Positions 1 through 13,427 of a stretch of DNA of 64,000 nt are shown in pieces; the stretch's first letter is position 1; each line of letters begins with the position of its first letter. The stretch covers positions 60,264,001-60,328,000 of the forward strand of contig NC_134474.1 in NCBI RefSeq assembly GCF_964194025.1. Direction: 5' to 3'. The translations under genes were made by a program, and so were the position numbers. This DNA comes from Convolutriloba macropyga. Taxonomy: Eukaryota. Under the pieces are notes generated by a model that was not told the origin of the DNA, made no database searches, and was given only the letters and a program-made list of their open reading frames with translations.

Positions 1-1166
1 GAAAAAAAAGAGATAAAGAGACGGAGCTTCTGAGATCTGGAACAATTTTTTTCGGTGATTAAAATTGGAATGCCGCTCAAACAATGTTGATTTAATTTAC
101 CTTGTAATTGAAGAATGGAAGATTAATCAAGATCTTAAGATTTACACCTTACCATAAAAAATGAATCAGTAGTTCCAACCATAGCAGATATCATTGTTCA
201 GAATTATTTCTTCATTGCAACTAGAAAGACCAAAAGATTTATTTTCCTGTTATTTTTCAATGACCAGAACGGTGTTCAATTCTACAACAAATATTAGAGA
301 TTGTGAAACAGCGCATCACATTATTCCTATTGAAAACCAAAGTTTATTCTTATACCGACTGCTACTATATTATTATGAATCGGGGTGATTGTACCAACCT
401 CATATGGAACTCAGATTTCACAGAACTTCTACGGGTTTTAATAGAGATTGGAATTGAATTTCATGCACCAAAATCTATATTATAATACTTGGTTCTAATT
501 CATCTCATCCAGTAAGCGCAAATTTCAGAGGCAAGGTTTCCCTATGATGACACTGCACAAACCTCCCATTCAATTATATCCACCGAATTTCGGTGATCAA
601 GGAAGGAGACCACAGAAATTACTTTTTAAAAATAATTTGACAAAATGGCTTCATTACTTTCGTGAAAATGCACTGAGCGTGAAATTGTAGCTCACCATTC
701 ACTCGCCCGAAATAAGCAGAGACTAGACTAGGAACAATAGATCTTTCGAAACACCTGTAGTATAGACTTTACAACAAGAACATGGACCACTTTGTGTCTG
801 AAGCGGTTCAATTCAACAATCGTTTCTGATATTTATGTTAAACTATTACGTTATAAAAATTTACCTCCCACAAACAATAGATAAAACTTCAAGATATACC
901 ATTTATCTGCCTGCTTAATAATTTCGTCAAAGCTCTCTTAGAGGACTTCAAAAAATACCAAAAGGAGGACTGTTCAGAAGAACTAACAGACTATAAGGAC
1001 TTAACCATCCTGGAATTTCTCTGGTCAAAAAACAAACAAAACGGGCAGCTTGCCAGAAAATAGCCGCGATAGCTTGTAGATCTACAGTCTCAAAAAGAAA
1101 GTAAAACGAAAAAAAAAAGAAATTTATTCTTTTCATTAAGGCCTGAGATGTTAACTTTTGATTAAG

Positions 1167-4100
1167 AAACTCTCTCACTTGACCATATCTCAATATACAC
1201 TCACCTGGCGATATGACTTATTGAATTACAATAATGAAAATCAAGTTCAGAGTGAGGTGGTCATTATTCAGAGTAGTAACTCATGTGTGACCAAAAACTC
1301 TTTCACGCGAATGAACAGAAAAAACTCACTCAACTAAAAGTGACAAATGACGTCACGCACGCAATTCAGTTGAAATTGCATGATCAAAAGGATCTATTCT
1401 GTTTCGCCTCCCCCCAGCTTAGTGGGCATAAATCTCTCATGACCCCCAAGCTCACGTGCTATTGTCCTCCATAGTAACGTGCTATATAACATTTGATTTG
1501 CAACTGGGGGTCATAAAAAAAACTGGGGGGCCGAAACAGAAAAGATCCGATCGAATAAACAAAACGCAGATCTGAAGAAATTGAGACATCATATGGTCGC
1601 AACAAAACCCTTGAAATAAAACCCGAGGAGGCCAATAACAGCTTTAGCTACCGCTTTGCAGCTACTAGTATAAATGATGTCTTTGCTATCCGAGACAATG
1701 AATGAACTAGACTTCATGACTCCAATCTCTGTTAGAAACTATCATAAAACTATTATTTTCGTCGGGCTTTTTGAAGGCAAAAAAGCAGTGAAAGACTTGA
1801 ATTTATGTTTTCCCGCTCATTTAGCAGTACAGTTCCTGAAAGAGGATCCAATTAACTGAATTGAGAATTAAAAAAACCCTCAAATTGGCCAGCAGAAACT
1901 GAACAATACGAGCCAAAGGGACCAAATAGTTCCACAAATACAGAGAAAATAGTAGCATTTTAAATTTTAGATACTTGTGGTATCAACCACGAAAGGCGAA
2001 GATTTAAACGAGAAGTATATGGAACCAAAAATAAAAAATGGAATCCAAGAAAAAAGTTCTTAAAAGTCAAGAAGCAAGCAGAGGCTGCGAAAATGACATG
2101 CATTAAAAAAGTAGAAAATCGCCAATGCTGGGATTCGCTAGAGCTTCTAGGTATCACCGTCTTCAAAACAAAAAAAAACTGTAAAGCAAAAGTCTAAAGA
2201 CGACCAAATCACCAAGCGCAAAATCATTTTTATTGACGACTTTAGGTCATTAAAATATCAACATGCTCAAATTCAGAAAACTTGGAAACTATTCAAAATA
2301 AGGCAACGGATGTCGGAAATTCTTCATACTTACCTCTTAAAACCCAATCTGTCAGACCAACGTCAACCCAAACATTGAATTGCAGTCCAGCAGAAATCTG
2401 GTTGTTTGAAAAGACACACAGAGGCAAGACAGACAAAAAATCACAAATTTGGAAAAACGGTCCTTGACTTTTAGAAAGCTTCCATTCTCAGGCGCCAAAT
2501 TTGTTCTGCTTAAATGAGTATATTAAAAGCAGATTAGAAGTGAGCCTGGCGTCATATAGTCGTAGCAAAAACCATGAAGGAACAAAAAGCACGAGAAGGC
2601 CAATAACAGCTAGCCACCGTCGCAATCAAAACACACTTGCAAAGAAACTCAAAAAATAACTATAAATTTTGGCATTATCATTATGTACGTAAAAAAAAGC
2701 TACACAATTACTTTATAATTGACTGTACAATTAATCCCAATTAAGACATTTTGAACCTGAAATCAGGCATTCACAGCAACTTTGGCGCATCAAGCACTTG
2801 AAACACAACTGAAGCCTGCTTCGAGACTTTAATGTAACTTAATACCCACAGGGCTTTGCCTGTTTATTGAAAGCTCTTTAATGAAAAAATATGTGAACAC
2901 ACATGATAAAAAAACAGCGCCAATATCTCTTTGGACTTAAAAAATCTAAGAAAGGGTTTTAAAGAAAGGGTATCGAGTCATCAAAACAAACAGCTACAAA
3001 AAGAACAAACGCTCAAACTAACCACTATAAAAAGTGTACCTCAAACGTACCGCTTTGACGAAAAACAATGTGAATCGAGAATAATCAGAATACATACAGA
3101 ATAATCATCAAAAAAGCTGTGTGAAGCCAGAACGAGTCTCGGTAAATCCACCCAAAATGATTGTGTAAAGAACCGTTGACTATCAATTCAAGAGACTTTT
3201 TGAAATGTTTTAAAATTTTGGCGAAATATTGTTTCTAAAAAACAAAAACGATGACTTATTTTAAACCTTATTCTAATGCCAACAATAATGAACTAACAAG
3301 GGAATTTGGATAAATGTCAAGCTTTCATAATTTGATGCTCACTAGTAAGAAGGTCAGCAATCCTTCAAGATGGCACACATCAATTTTTGAAAAGTAACCA
3401 CAACAGTTTCTGTGGTTACTTATACATTATCAATAACAGTTTTTGGTTTGCGCCAGTGGATAAATTTTTTTTATTTTCTACAAAAAATTTGAAACATGTA
3501 GCTGTTCTATTTTCATAAATTGGAGACTGTGACATTCGATTTTTTTAAGAGTGAGCAAATTAAATCCCAAAATAATGCAGCAGCAATGAACAACTGTGTA
3601 TTGCATAATTTGTTAAACATCGGCAGTTAGCTTTTATCAAAAGAAGTATTCTTGAAAAACCAAAAATATTATTTTGTTGTAGTTCTGAATTGCTTTGTCG
3701 AGCCTTGACAGACTTGAACAGTTGTAAAACTGAGCGAGATTGTAAAACTCTCTCACTTGACCATATCTCAATATACACTCACATGGTGATATCACTTATT
3801 GAATTACAATAATTAAAATCAATTTCAGAGTGAGGTAGTCATTATTCAGAGCAAAGAAACTCATGTGTGACCAAAAAACTTTTTCACGCGAATGAACAGA
3901 AATAACTCACTCCACTAAAAGTGACAAATCACGCACGCAATTCAGTTGAAATTGCATGATCGAAAGGATCTATTCTGTTTCGCCTCCTCCCAGCTTAGTG
4001 GGCATTAATCTTTCATGACCCCCAAGCTCACGTGCTAGTGTCTTCCAGAGTAACGTGCTATAAAACAACATATAATTTGCAACTGGGGGTCATAAAAAAC

Positions 4101-6380
4101 ACTGGGGCGCGAAACAGAATAGATCCGATCGAATCAACAAAACGCAGATCTGAAGAAATTGAGACATCATATGGTCGCAACAAAAACCTTGAAGAAAAAA
4201 ACAGGAGGAGGCCGATAACAGCTTTAGCTACCACTTTGCGGCTACTAATAAAAATGATGTCTTTGCTATCCGAGAAAATGAAAGAATTGCTAATGAACTA
4301 GAGTTCATGACTCCAATCTTTGTTAGAAACTATCACAAAACTATCATTTTCGTCGGGATTTTTAAAGGCAAAATAATAGCAGTGAAAGACTTGAATTTAT
4401 GTTTTCCCGCTCATTTAGCAGTACAGTTCCTGAAAGAGGATCCAATTAACTGAATTGAGAATTAAAAAAAACCCTCAAATTGGCCAGCAGAAACTGAACA
4501 ATACGCGCCAAAGGGACCAAATAGTTCCACAAACACAGAGAAAATAGTAGCATTTAAAATTTTAGATACTTGTGGTATCAACCACAAAAGGCGAAGATTT
4601 AAACGAGAAGTATATGGAACCAAGAAAAAAAATGGAATCCAAGAAAAAAGTTCTTAAAAGTCAAGAAGCAAGCAGAGGCTGCGAAAATGACATGCATTAA
4701 AAAAGTAGAAAATCGCCAATGCTGGGATTCGCTAGAGCTTCTAGGTATCACCGTCTTCAAAACAAAAAAAAACTGTAAAGCAAAAGTCTAAAGACGACCA
4801 AATCACCAAGCGCAAAATCATTTTTATTGACGACTTTAGGTCATTAAAATATGAACATGCTCAAATTCAGAAAACTTGGAAACTATTCGAAATAAGGCAA
4901 CGGATGTCGGAAATTCTTCATACTTACCTCTTAAAACCCAATCTGTCAGACCAACGTCAACCCAAACATTGAATTGCAGTCCAGCAGAAATCTGGTTGTT
5001 TGAAAAGACACACAGAGGCAAGACAGACAAAAAATCACAAATTTGGAAAAACGGTCCTTGACTTTTAGAAAGCTTTCATTCTCCGGCGCCAAATTTGTTC
5101 TGCTTAAATGAGTATATTAAAAGCAGATTAGAAGTGAGCCTGGCGTCATATAGTCGTAGCAAAAACCATGAAGGAACAAAAAGCACGAGAAGGCCAATAA
5201 CAGCTAGCCACCGTCGCAATCAAAACACACTTGCAAAGAAACTCAAAAAATAACTATAAATTTTGGCATTATCATTATGTACGTAAAAAAAACTAACAAA
5301 AACCGTTTAAAAGCTACACAATTACCTTATAATTGACTGTACAATTAATCCCAATTAAGACATTTTGAATCTGAAATCAGGCATTCACAGCAACTTTAGC
5401 GCATCAAGCACTTGAAACACAACTGAAGCCTGCTTGGAGACTCTAATGTAACTTAATGCCCAAGGGGCTTTGCCTGTTTATTGCCAGCTCTTTAATGGAA
5501 AAATATGTGAACATACATAACAAAAAACAGCGCCAATATTTCTTTGGACGAAAATTTTCTTCGGAAAAAATCTAAGAAATGGTTTTAAAGAAGAAAGGGT
5601 GTCGAGTCATCAAAACAAACAGCTACAAAAAGAACAAACGCTCAAACTAACCACCTTGAAAAATGTACCTCGAACGTTCCACTTTGACGAAAAACAATGT
5701 GGAATAGAGAATAATCAGAATACATACGAATAATCATAAAAAAAAGCTGTGTGAAGCCAGAACGAGGCTCGGTAAATCCACCCGAAAATACTGTGTAAAG
5801 AACCGTCAACTATCAATTCAAGATACTTTTTAAAATGTTTTTAAAAAACTTGGCAAAATTTTGCGTCTAGAAAACAAAAAAGATAACTTATTTTGAAACT
5901 TATTCTAATGCCAATAATAATGAACTAACAAGGGAATTTTGATAATTGCCAAGCTTTCATAATTTGATGCTCACTAGAAAGAAGGTTAGCAATCCTTCAA
6001 GATGGCACAAATCAATTTTTGAGCAGTAACCAAAACAGTTTCCGTGGTTACTTATACATTATCAAAAACCGTTTTTCTGGTTGGCGCCAATGAATAAAAT
6101 TTTTCAATTTTCTATAAAAATTTGAAACATTTAGCTCTTCTATTTTCATAAATTGGAAACTGTGACATTCGATTTTTTTAAGAGTGAGCAAATTAAATCC
6201 CACAGTAATGCAGCAGCAATGAACAACCGTGTAATGCATACTTTGTAAAACATCGGCAGATAATAGCTTTTATCAAAACAAGTATTCTTGAAAAACCAAG
6301 TATTATTTTGTTGTAGTTCTGAATTGCTTTATCGAGCCTTGACAGACTTAAGCAGTGATTTGTTGTAAAACTAAGCGAGA
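1167..6380. repeat. Tandem duplication, two diverged ~2.6-kb units (1167-3744 and 3745-~6380)
   Basis: aaactctctcacttgaccatatctcaatatacactcac occurs at 1167 and 3745. The units are colinear (ORFs 2282..2467 and 4876..5061 are nearly identical) and both end in gttgtaaaact(g/a)agcgaga. Scattered SNPs and indels separate them. Confidence 0.95.
1390..1548. mobile_element. MITE-like foldback element (second copy at 3966-4126)
   Basis: Terminal inverted repeats ggatctattctgtttcgcc...ggccgaaacagaaaagatcc, inner inverted atgacccc/ggggtcat, and internal core ccccccagcttagtgggcat. Confidence 0.65.
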
Positions 6381-7695
6381 CATCAACCATTGGTGCTAAT
6401 CTTTTTTTGCCTATTTGAGCATTTTTGCCTATTTCTATGCCAATAAGGTGAAGCACATTTTGTGCTCAGAGCTTATTCTAAAAATTTTTAAATAAAAACA
6501 TTTTTGTCTCATTGAGTTTTGATGCATATGAATAATAATCAGTACTTTCCAATTCATCCACGAAATTGTGAACTTCCGGAATATTTGAGTGGTCTTAACC
6601 GCCACAACTTGGTTTTTGTTCCAACATTACACAACCTGACTTACAAATGGTCTCCTGGCAAAAGATGACTGTTTTTGCAGACTGAAATTATTGAAAACTT
6701 TAAAAAATTATTGTTTGAAAAAAACTTTGGGCAAGGGGTAGGTAAATTCCTTTAAAATATGAGAAAGCAATTTTTGCAGGAAACTGAATTATACCACGTT
6801 ATTTGATCTTGTTGCAATACATGAACCACCAGCATAGCATTGCAATGAGCTCAAGATGCCACAAAAATTTATGACTCAACTAAACGGAACTATTCAACAA
6901 AGTAAAGCCGTAAACCGAGGAACATGATACTATGACTAACGCAATTTTATAAACTTGGAATAACGCAATTTTATAAAATTGGATACAGTATTTTTATCGT
7001 TTCGCAAACAGGCATATCTGAAATCCAGCAAACACTTCTGAACCTGAAGTCTATGTTAAAGCAATACCATGTTCGATGAAACACCAAAAAACGCAAGCGA
7101 ACAACACCTTGTCGGCAAAATAGTATAATCCATATCAATTAATTGATCGCTAAATAAAAAAAAGGAATTTTGTAACCAGAAAAGTTTCACTTTTGCGTAG
7201 AAAAAATATATCCCATTTTGATAGAAAAATTTGTACCGTGGCTACAAAAAACTCGAGACTTTGACTCACTGCAAGTTGATGAACTTAGAACCGCTTTACG
7301 GATCATAAAACTTATTTTAAAAAATTGCATTGAACTTTGGTAGCCTGCTACCGTAACAAAAATTTGTTTTAAATATACAATTCACATATTATTTACCGGA
7401 AGATGATAAACATAAAGAAAAATTCTGCTGAGCAAAAAAATATTGAAAAAAATAAAAACATGCAGATAAAAACATGCAGATTTAATTGCAATTAATCTCA
7501 GGGTGGCAACCAAGTCCACTCAAATAAGCAATTGATATTATCATTTGCCACTTTTTCCACTAGCTCGTAAATCAACATTCAAAATAATGCTGCCAGCCAG
7601 CGTTGCGTTTCAAATTGTACAAGTGACATACAAATGTGCGGTTTAAACAAAGTCCTTTAGTGTCAAATTGCGAGTTTCAAATTTTGAGCTCTAAC

Positions 7696-7923
7696 CTTCG
7701 AGTAAATAAATAGTGTAGAATGGAAGAGAAACTGCCCCCACTAAAGTATCGGCAACTGATAAATTAATCAAGAAGTAATTGTTCCATCGTCTCAATTTCC
7801 TCTCCTTGAAAAAAGCTAGCATTACCAATATATTCCCAGCTACAGTGAGTACAGAAACAGTTCCACAAATTATAATTAGAAATATTGCTGGTATCAAATT
7901 CATTCTATTGCTAAACGTCTTCA
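7696..7923 (-). CDS. Exon of a rhodopsin-like (class A) GPCR, TM1-TM2, muscarinic/histamine-receptor-like
   Basis: Translation IIICGTVSVLTVAGNILVMLAFFKERKLRRWNNYFLINLSVADTLVGAVSLPFYTIYLL has the TM1 GN and TM2 NLSVAD motifs. It is bounded on the minus strand by acceptor ccttttacag (ends 7924) and donor G|GTTAGA (7695). Other exons were not identified. Confidence 0.88.
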
Positions 7924-8022
7924 CTGTAAAAGGAAGACTTCCAAACTATGCATAAATTATTTTCCGGCGTTTACAGTTGAAAATCAAGCACCAAGCAGCT
8001 AGTGCCGCGCGCAAACTTAAAT

Positions 8023-10581
8023 ATCCATTTGGGCCAATCACGGATTAGAGCGGATTAATGGAGCATGCTTCTATTTTTCCCCTCTTCTCTTCTCTTTCCT
8101 AGCCCCTTCCATGTTACTTTACACATTCGATGCATAAAAACAGCCACGAAATATCGTCCAAATATAAGTTTCTGATTATAAACAAACAGATAAACAGAAA
8201 TACGCCACCACGAAATGCAATTTCATGAACAAATTTTTTTCTGTTAAATTTATAAATTTTCATGAAAGTGGAAATGTTTGTAAATACAAGAATAATTTGA
8301 TTTCCTTTGCAATTATTTGGACCAGACACCAGGACCGGCCTCCAATTCAATTTTGATTGGTAACATCCCAGCAAATGATTGGTCAACATATTTTAAACAT
8401 TCTTAAGGCAACTTTAGCAACAACAAACAAGCGTGGCAACTAATATGCAAATAAAGGAATACGCCTTTTTAAAATTAAAATAGTTTTGAAAATGATTTCA
8501 GACAACTGAAAATTCCATTTTAGAAAATGATATTGCAATTTCCGGGAATCCAGTGAAGCTGTCTCAGTCCATTGCAAAACCATTTACATTTTCAATGTCA
8601 CCTTTTAATTAATAACTTGAACTACCTCAAAAGGAGTTAATTATCTTATTAGCAACTTTCATTGACTGTAGATACGATCAAACACAAAATTGTGAAAGTA
8701 CCGAGATAAAATTATGGAAATTTTTCTCAGGTCGTGGCGTGGAAAAATATGTAATATTTCTGATTTACAAAGATCGGCCATTAGGCACACCAAGATATGG
8801 ATAATTGAACACTGAGAACTTCTATAGTAATAGCAGTTGTAAATAATTTTTCAGGTGTAATTCTGCTTCCAGTTGATCCATTTGGGCCAATCACGGATTA
8901 GAGCGGATTAATGGAGCATGCTTCTATTTTTCCCCTCTTCTCTTCTCTTTCCTAGCCCCTTCCATGTTACTTTACACATTCGATGCATAAAAACAGCCAC
9001 GAAATATCGTCCAAATATAAGTTTCTGATTATAAACAAACAGATAAACAGAAATACGCCACCACGAAATGCAATTTCATGAACAAATTTTTTTCTGTTAA
9101 ATTTATAAATTTTCATGAAAGTGGAAATGTTTGTAAATACAAGAATAATTTGATTTCCTTTGCAATTATTTGGACCAGACACCAGGACCGGCCTCCAATT
9201 CAATTTTGATTGGTAACATCCCAGCAAATGATTGGTCAACATATTTTAAACATTCTTAAGGCAACTTTAGCAACAACAAACAAGCGTGGCAACTAATATG
9301 CAAATAAAGGAATACGCCTTTTTAAAATTAAAATAGTTTTGAAAATGATTTCAGACAACTGAAAATTCCATTTTAGAAAATGATATTGCAATTTCCGGGA
9401 ATCCAGTGAAGCTGTCTCAGTCCATTGCAAAACCATTTACATTTTCAATGTCACCTTTTAATTAATAACTTGAACTACCTCAAAAGGAGTTAATTATCTT
9501 ATTAGCAACTTTCATTGACTGTAGATACGATCAAACACAAAATTGTGAAAGTACCGAGATAAAATTATGGAAATTTTTCTCAGGTCGTGGCGTGGAAAAA
9601 TATGTAATATTTCTGATTTACAAAGATCGGCCATTAGGCACACCAAGATATGGATAATTGAACACTGAGAACTTCTATAGTAATAGCAGTTGTAAATAAT
9701 TTTTCAGGTGTAATTCTGCTTCCAGTTGATCCATTTGGGCCAATCACGGATTAGAGCGGATTAATGGAGCATGCTTCTATTTTTCCCCTCTTCTCTTCTC
9801 TTTCCTAGCCCCTTCCATGTTACTTTACACATTCGATGCATAAAAACAGCCACGAAATATCGTCCAAATATAAGTTTCTGATTATAAACAAACAGATAAA
9901 CAGAAATACGCCACCACGAAATGCAATTTCATGAACAAATTTTTTTCTGTTAAATTTATAAATTTTCATGAAAGTGGAAATGTTTGTAAATACAAGAATA
10001 ATTTGATTTCCTTTGCAATTATTTGGACCAGACACCAGGACCGGCCTCCAATTCAATTTTGATTGGTAACATCCCAGCAAATGATTGGTCAACATATTTT
10101 AAACATTCTTAAGGCAACTTTAGCAACAACAAACAAGCGTGGCAACTAATATGCAAATAAAGGAATACGCCTTTTTAAAATTAAAATAGTTTTGAAAATG
10201 ATTTCAGACAACTGAAAATTCCATTTTAGAAAACGATATTGCAATTTCCGGGAATCCAGTGAAGCTGTCTCAGTCCATTGCAAAACCATTTACATTTTCA
10301 ATGTCACCTTTTAATTAATAACTTGAACTACCTCAAAAGGAGTTAATTATCTTATTAGCAACTTTCATTGACTGTAGATACGATCAAACACAAAATTGTG
10401 AAAGTACCGAGATAAAATTATGGAAATTTTTCTCAGGTCGTGGCGTGGAAAAATATGTAATATTTCTGATTTACAAAGATCGGCCATTAGGCACACCAAG
10501 ATATGGATAATTGAACACTGAGAACTTCTATAGTAATAGCAGTTGTAAATAATTTTTCAGGTGTAATTCTGCTTCCAGTTG
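8023..10581. repeat. Tandem array of three nearly identical 853-bp units
   Basis: atccatttgggccaatcacggattagagcgg recurs with period 853. The ORF track shows an identical 91-aa ORF at 8114, 8967 and 9820. Confidence 0.97.
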
Positions 10582-11299
10582 AACTTGACAAAATAAATCC
10601 AGAGTATTTTGATGATGTTCGGTTGCTTAACTCGGCTTCTGTAGTCTATCTATTAGCTTAACCACTTGTTGCTACAATTTTTTTTCATGTTTGCCTTGCT
10701 AGCTGTTATTAACAAAAGGAAACGTATAGTCAGAAATTTTAGTTTGTTTTTGGGAAATGAGAAAGGTACAGAATCGGTTCAAAAGACGTGCTCCGCAGGT
10801 TCTCAGATCTCTTTAGTTACCGTTAATGCTAGCGAAATCATTAGGTCAAGATCTTTTTTCAATTTTATCGTTGAAAAGGTGCTTTGGTCTAGTCTTGCTG
10901 AGAGAATTTCCCCAAGAGTTAGCGAAATTCACTAAGAGGTGTTTACCTCAGTAGAATTTGTTGAGCACAAAATATCAATTCTCACGTGTGAGTTTCCTTT
11001 TCATGTGTCGCTATTAAATTGAAATCATCGGATAAATCCGTTGACTCACCGGAAAATCATCGGCAAAATTATTGAAAAATCCCTATATTTTGACTGAGAA
11101 TTCAAGCCGGTAGGTTATTTATGAACATCAAAACAACTGTGGGCCAAAAATTGGTCCTTGTGGAACTCCGCTAAACGAAAATTCTACGTTGGAGTACTGG
11201 TAGTTGATCTCGACAAAGTGTCGTCTAAGATTTAATTTAGTAGTGATAGTTGGGATTTAACCCGGAGATACATTTATCGTCTGACACGGGGATTGTCCC

Positions 11300-12700
11300 T
11301 ATTTGCCGATGTGTTGCTGAATGACGGCAAACTAAATTCTCCAAGTCGCACTGTAAAGTTCGTTGGAGTTTTCTTTGAAGAAGGTCCAAAGATCACGGAC
11401 TAGTCATGAGGGCGCCTGTACGGAACAAAAAACTCTGCTCGCTTTGGTGTTTTCGGGGTTTCCGATGATCAAATCTAACGTCATATGATCATCGGATGTC
11501 ACGAGTGCAATTCCTCAAAGCTATGGATTAAAATTAAGTGCTCACTTCTGGACATTTTCCGGCGAATTTAAATAGTCAATATAACATACCAGTCACTGCT
11601 GCCGTAGATACGAACAAAGATTGTCATTGATTTTGAAGATTCAATTTGAATGGCATGGCAAGAAGAAGCGAACTTCTTTTCAATTTCCCCAATTTGTTCA
11701 GTCCATTTGAGATCTCGGGATATCGACAAACACGTCCTTTTGCGCTGTATGTTTTTGAATTTCGTTGCATGGAAGGAAGAACGACATGGAAGGAATTTCG
11801 TTGCATGGAAGGAATTTCGTTGCATGGTGGTATTGCCAAAGTCAAGATGGGCGCATTTCTTAACGTTGAGTGGCAGTTTATTGCAGTCATTCATTTTTTA
11901 ACACGTGATAAATCCGACCGAATGAATAATGAGAAGCTGATTGAGATTAAATTCGTATCACCGGCGCAAAACGGTTGGCAAGTCTTGCAGTTGTAAGGCA
12001 AGTTATTGATATGAGGGACAAAGAGTACGCTGGAAAGAATTGAGCCCCCCCCCCCCATTGGGACGTCAATGGTAACTGGAATTTCTTCAGAAAAAGTTCC
12101 GTTGACACTGACACGTTGCCTTCTCTTCTCTAAATATGGTTGATTGCAGCAATTTAGAACGCTTTTCCATCGTCTGTGTACATAACGGAATTTCGTGGTC
12201 ACCATCTAGAGAATTGTACACTTCCTCAAGGTATGTTAACAGTTCAATATAACAAGAGCGTTATTTTCGGAATCCAAACTGAAAACCAATGAAATGTGGC
12301 GAAACCAACGTGTAGAGAGAATTGAAGAGTTTGCTCAAAGATTTTCAAGACAATGCAAAGGCAAGACACATGCCTGTAATTTTCTGCATTCGATGTAGAC
12401 CTTTTTTTTAAAGTTGGGCTAACAAGCTTTTCCAACAAGCAGTCCAAACACCGGTTGGCTTTATTTTGTGAACACTGATAGTACGGACATACTAATATTT
12501 TCTGCACATCTTTAAAAAAAGGATCGGATGTAGCCCATTTGGACCCATGGCTTTCGTAGTCAAGATTTTTGCATATAGATTGAATTTGACTTTGAGAAAC
12601 GTCAAAACCGAGCAGGGGATTTTCTATCTCGTCTTTTTCACAGGTAGAAAATCACTAGACACAGTAAAGATAGAACCAAAGAATTTGGAGAACATAGCCG
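11300..12700 (-). mobile_element. Degraded CR1/L2-clade LINE ORF2 (RT and C-terminus) fragment
   Basis: Minus-strand peptides ENYRHVSCLCIVLKIFE, RRQRVSVNGTFSEEIPVTIDVPMG..GSIL..VLF..HINNLP, LPLNVKKCAHLDF and C-terminal LWTFFKENSNELYSATWR, with many frameshifts. Confidence 0.85.
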
Positions 12701-13378
12701 GCAGATTGCCGGAAAATAGCCTCGATAGACGCTTGTGGCCTTCCATGAATTGAAACAACTAAAGAAATAAGATAGACAGATCGACCACCAGTCCTTTAAA
12801 AGACAACTACACTTTTTGGGTTAGATTCGGACTGTCAATTTTTTGACATACAATCTATAGGGAAAAAGCGCTAAGAGAGCTTTTTCAAAATTGACATTCG
12901 AAATCAAAAGCTCAAGACTAATACTCAAGAACTAGGGCATATAAGTTTGGCACTACTTAGATGCACACTATTTTATGTTCATAAAATTTTAAGTTCCATA
13001 AGTGAGCTCAGAAATCATTTTTGTGAGTGAGGTAAGTCACGCAATTGACCTAAAAGCAGAAATGACGTCAGACACACAAATTTTAACTGCAAAGCAATAG
13101 AAGTCAATTCCATGAAGTCAGGTCGTAAGAATCATCGATGGAGACGACGAAGTAAAAAACATAGCCGGTAGAATACCGGAAACGACTCGAATCGTCGTGC
13201 AAAATAACCTCTACCCTAACTTGGACAAAATCAGAATATCGAAAAAACACTAAAAATAACAAAAATAGTAGACCAATATAACATAAAAAGCGTCAAAATT
13301 TATTCAGTTCAGGGGTGTGGGTAGGTGCTGGTGGGGGGGGGGGGGGTGTTGGGGCAGGTTGGTGGTGGTGGGGTGTAG

Positions 13379-13380
<2 letters not shown>

Positions 13381-13427
<47 letters not shown>

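Noticed and set aside
2282-2467. STQTLNCSPAEIWLF resembling a gypsy integrase C-terminal motif
   Set aside because: Too short and degraded, with no supporting DDE motifs recognised nearby.
6652-6690. Possible minus-strand micro-exon (tttcag...gtaagt) as the next GPCR exon
   Set aside because: The translation does not resemble the expected ECL1/TM3 sequence (W..G...C).
8114-10095. Triplicated 91-aa ORF
   Set aside because: No recognisable motif. It is identical only because of the tandem repeat.
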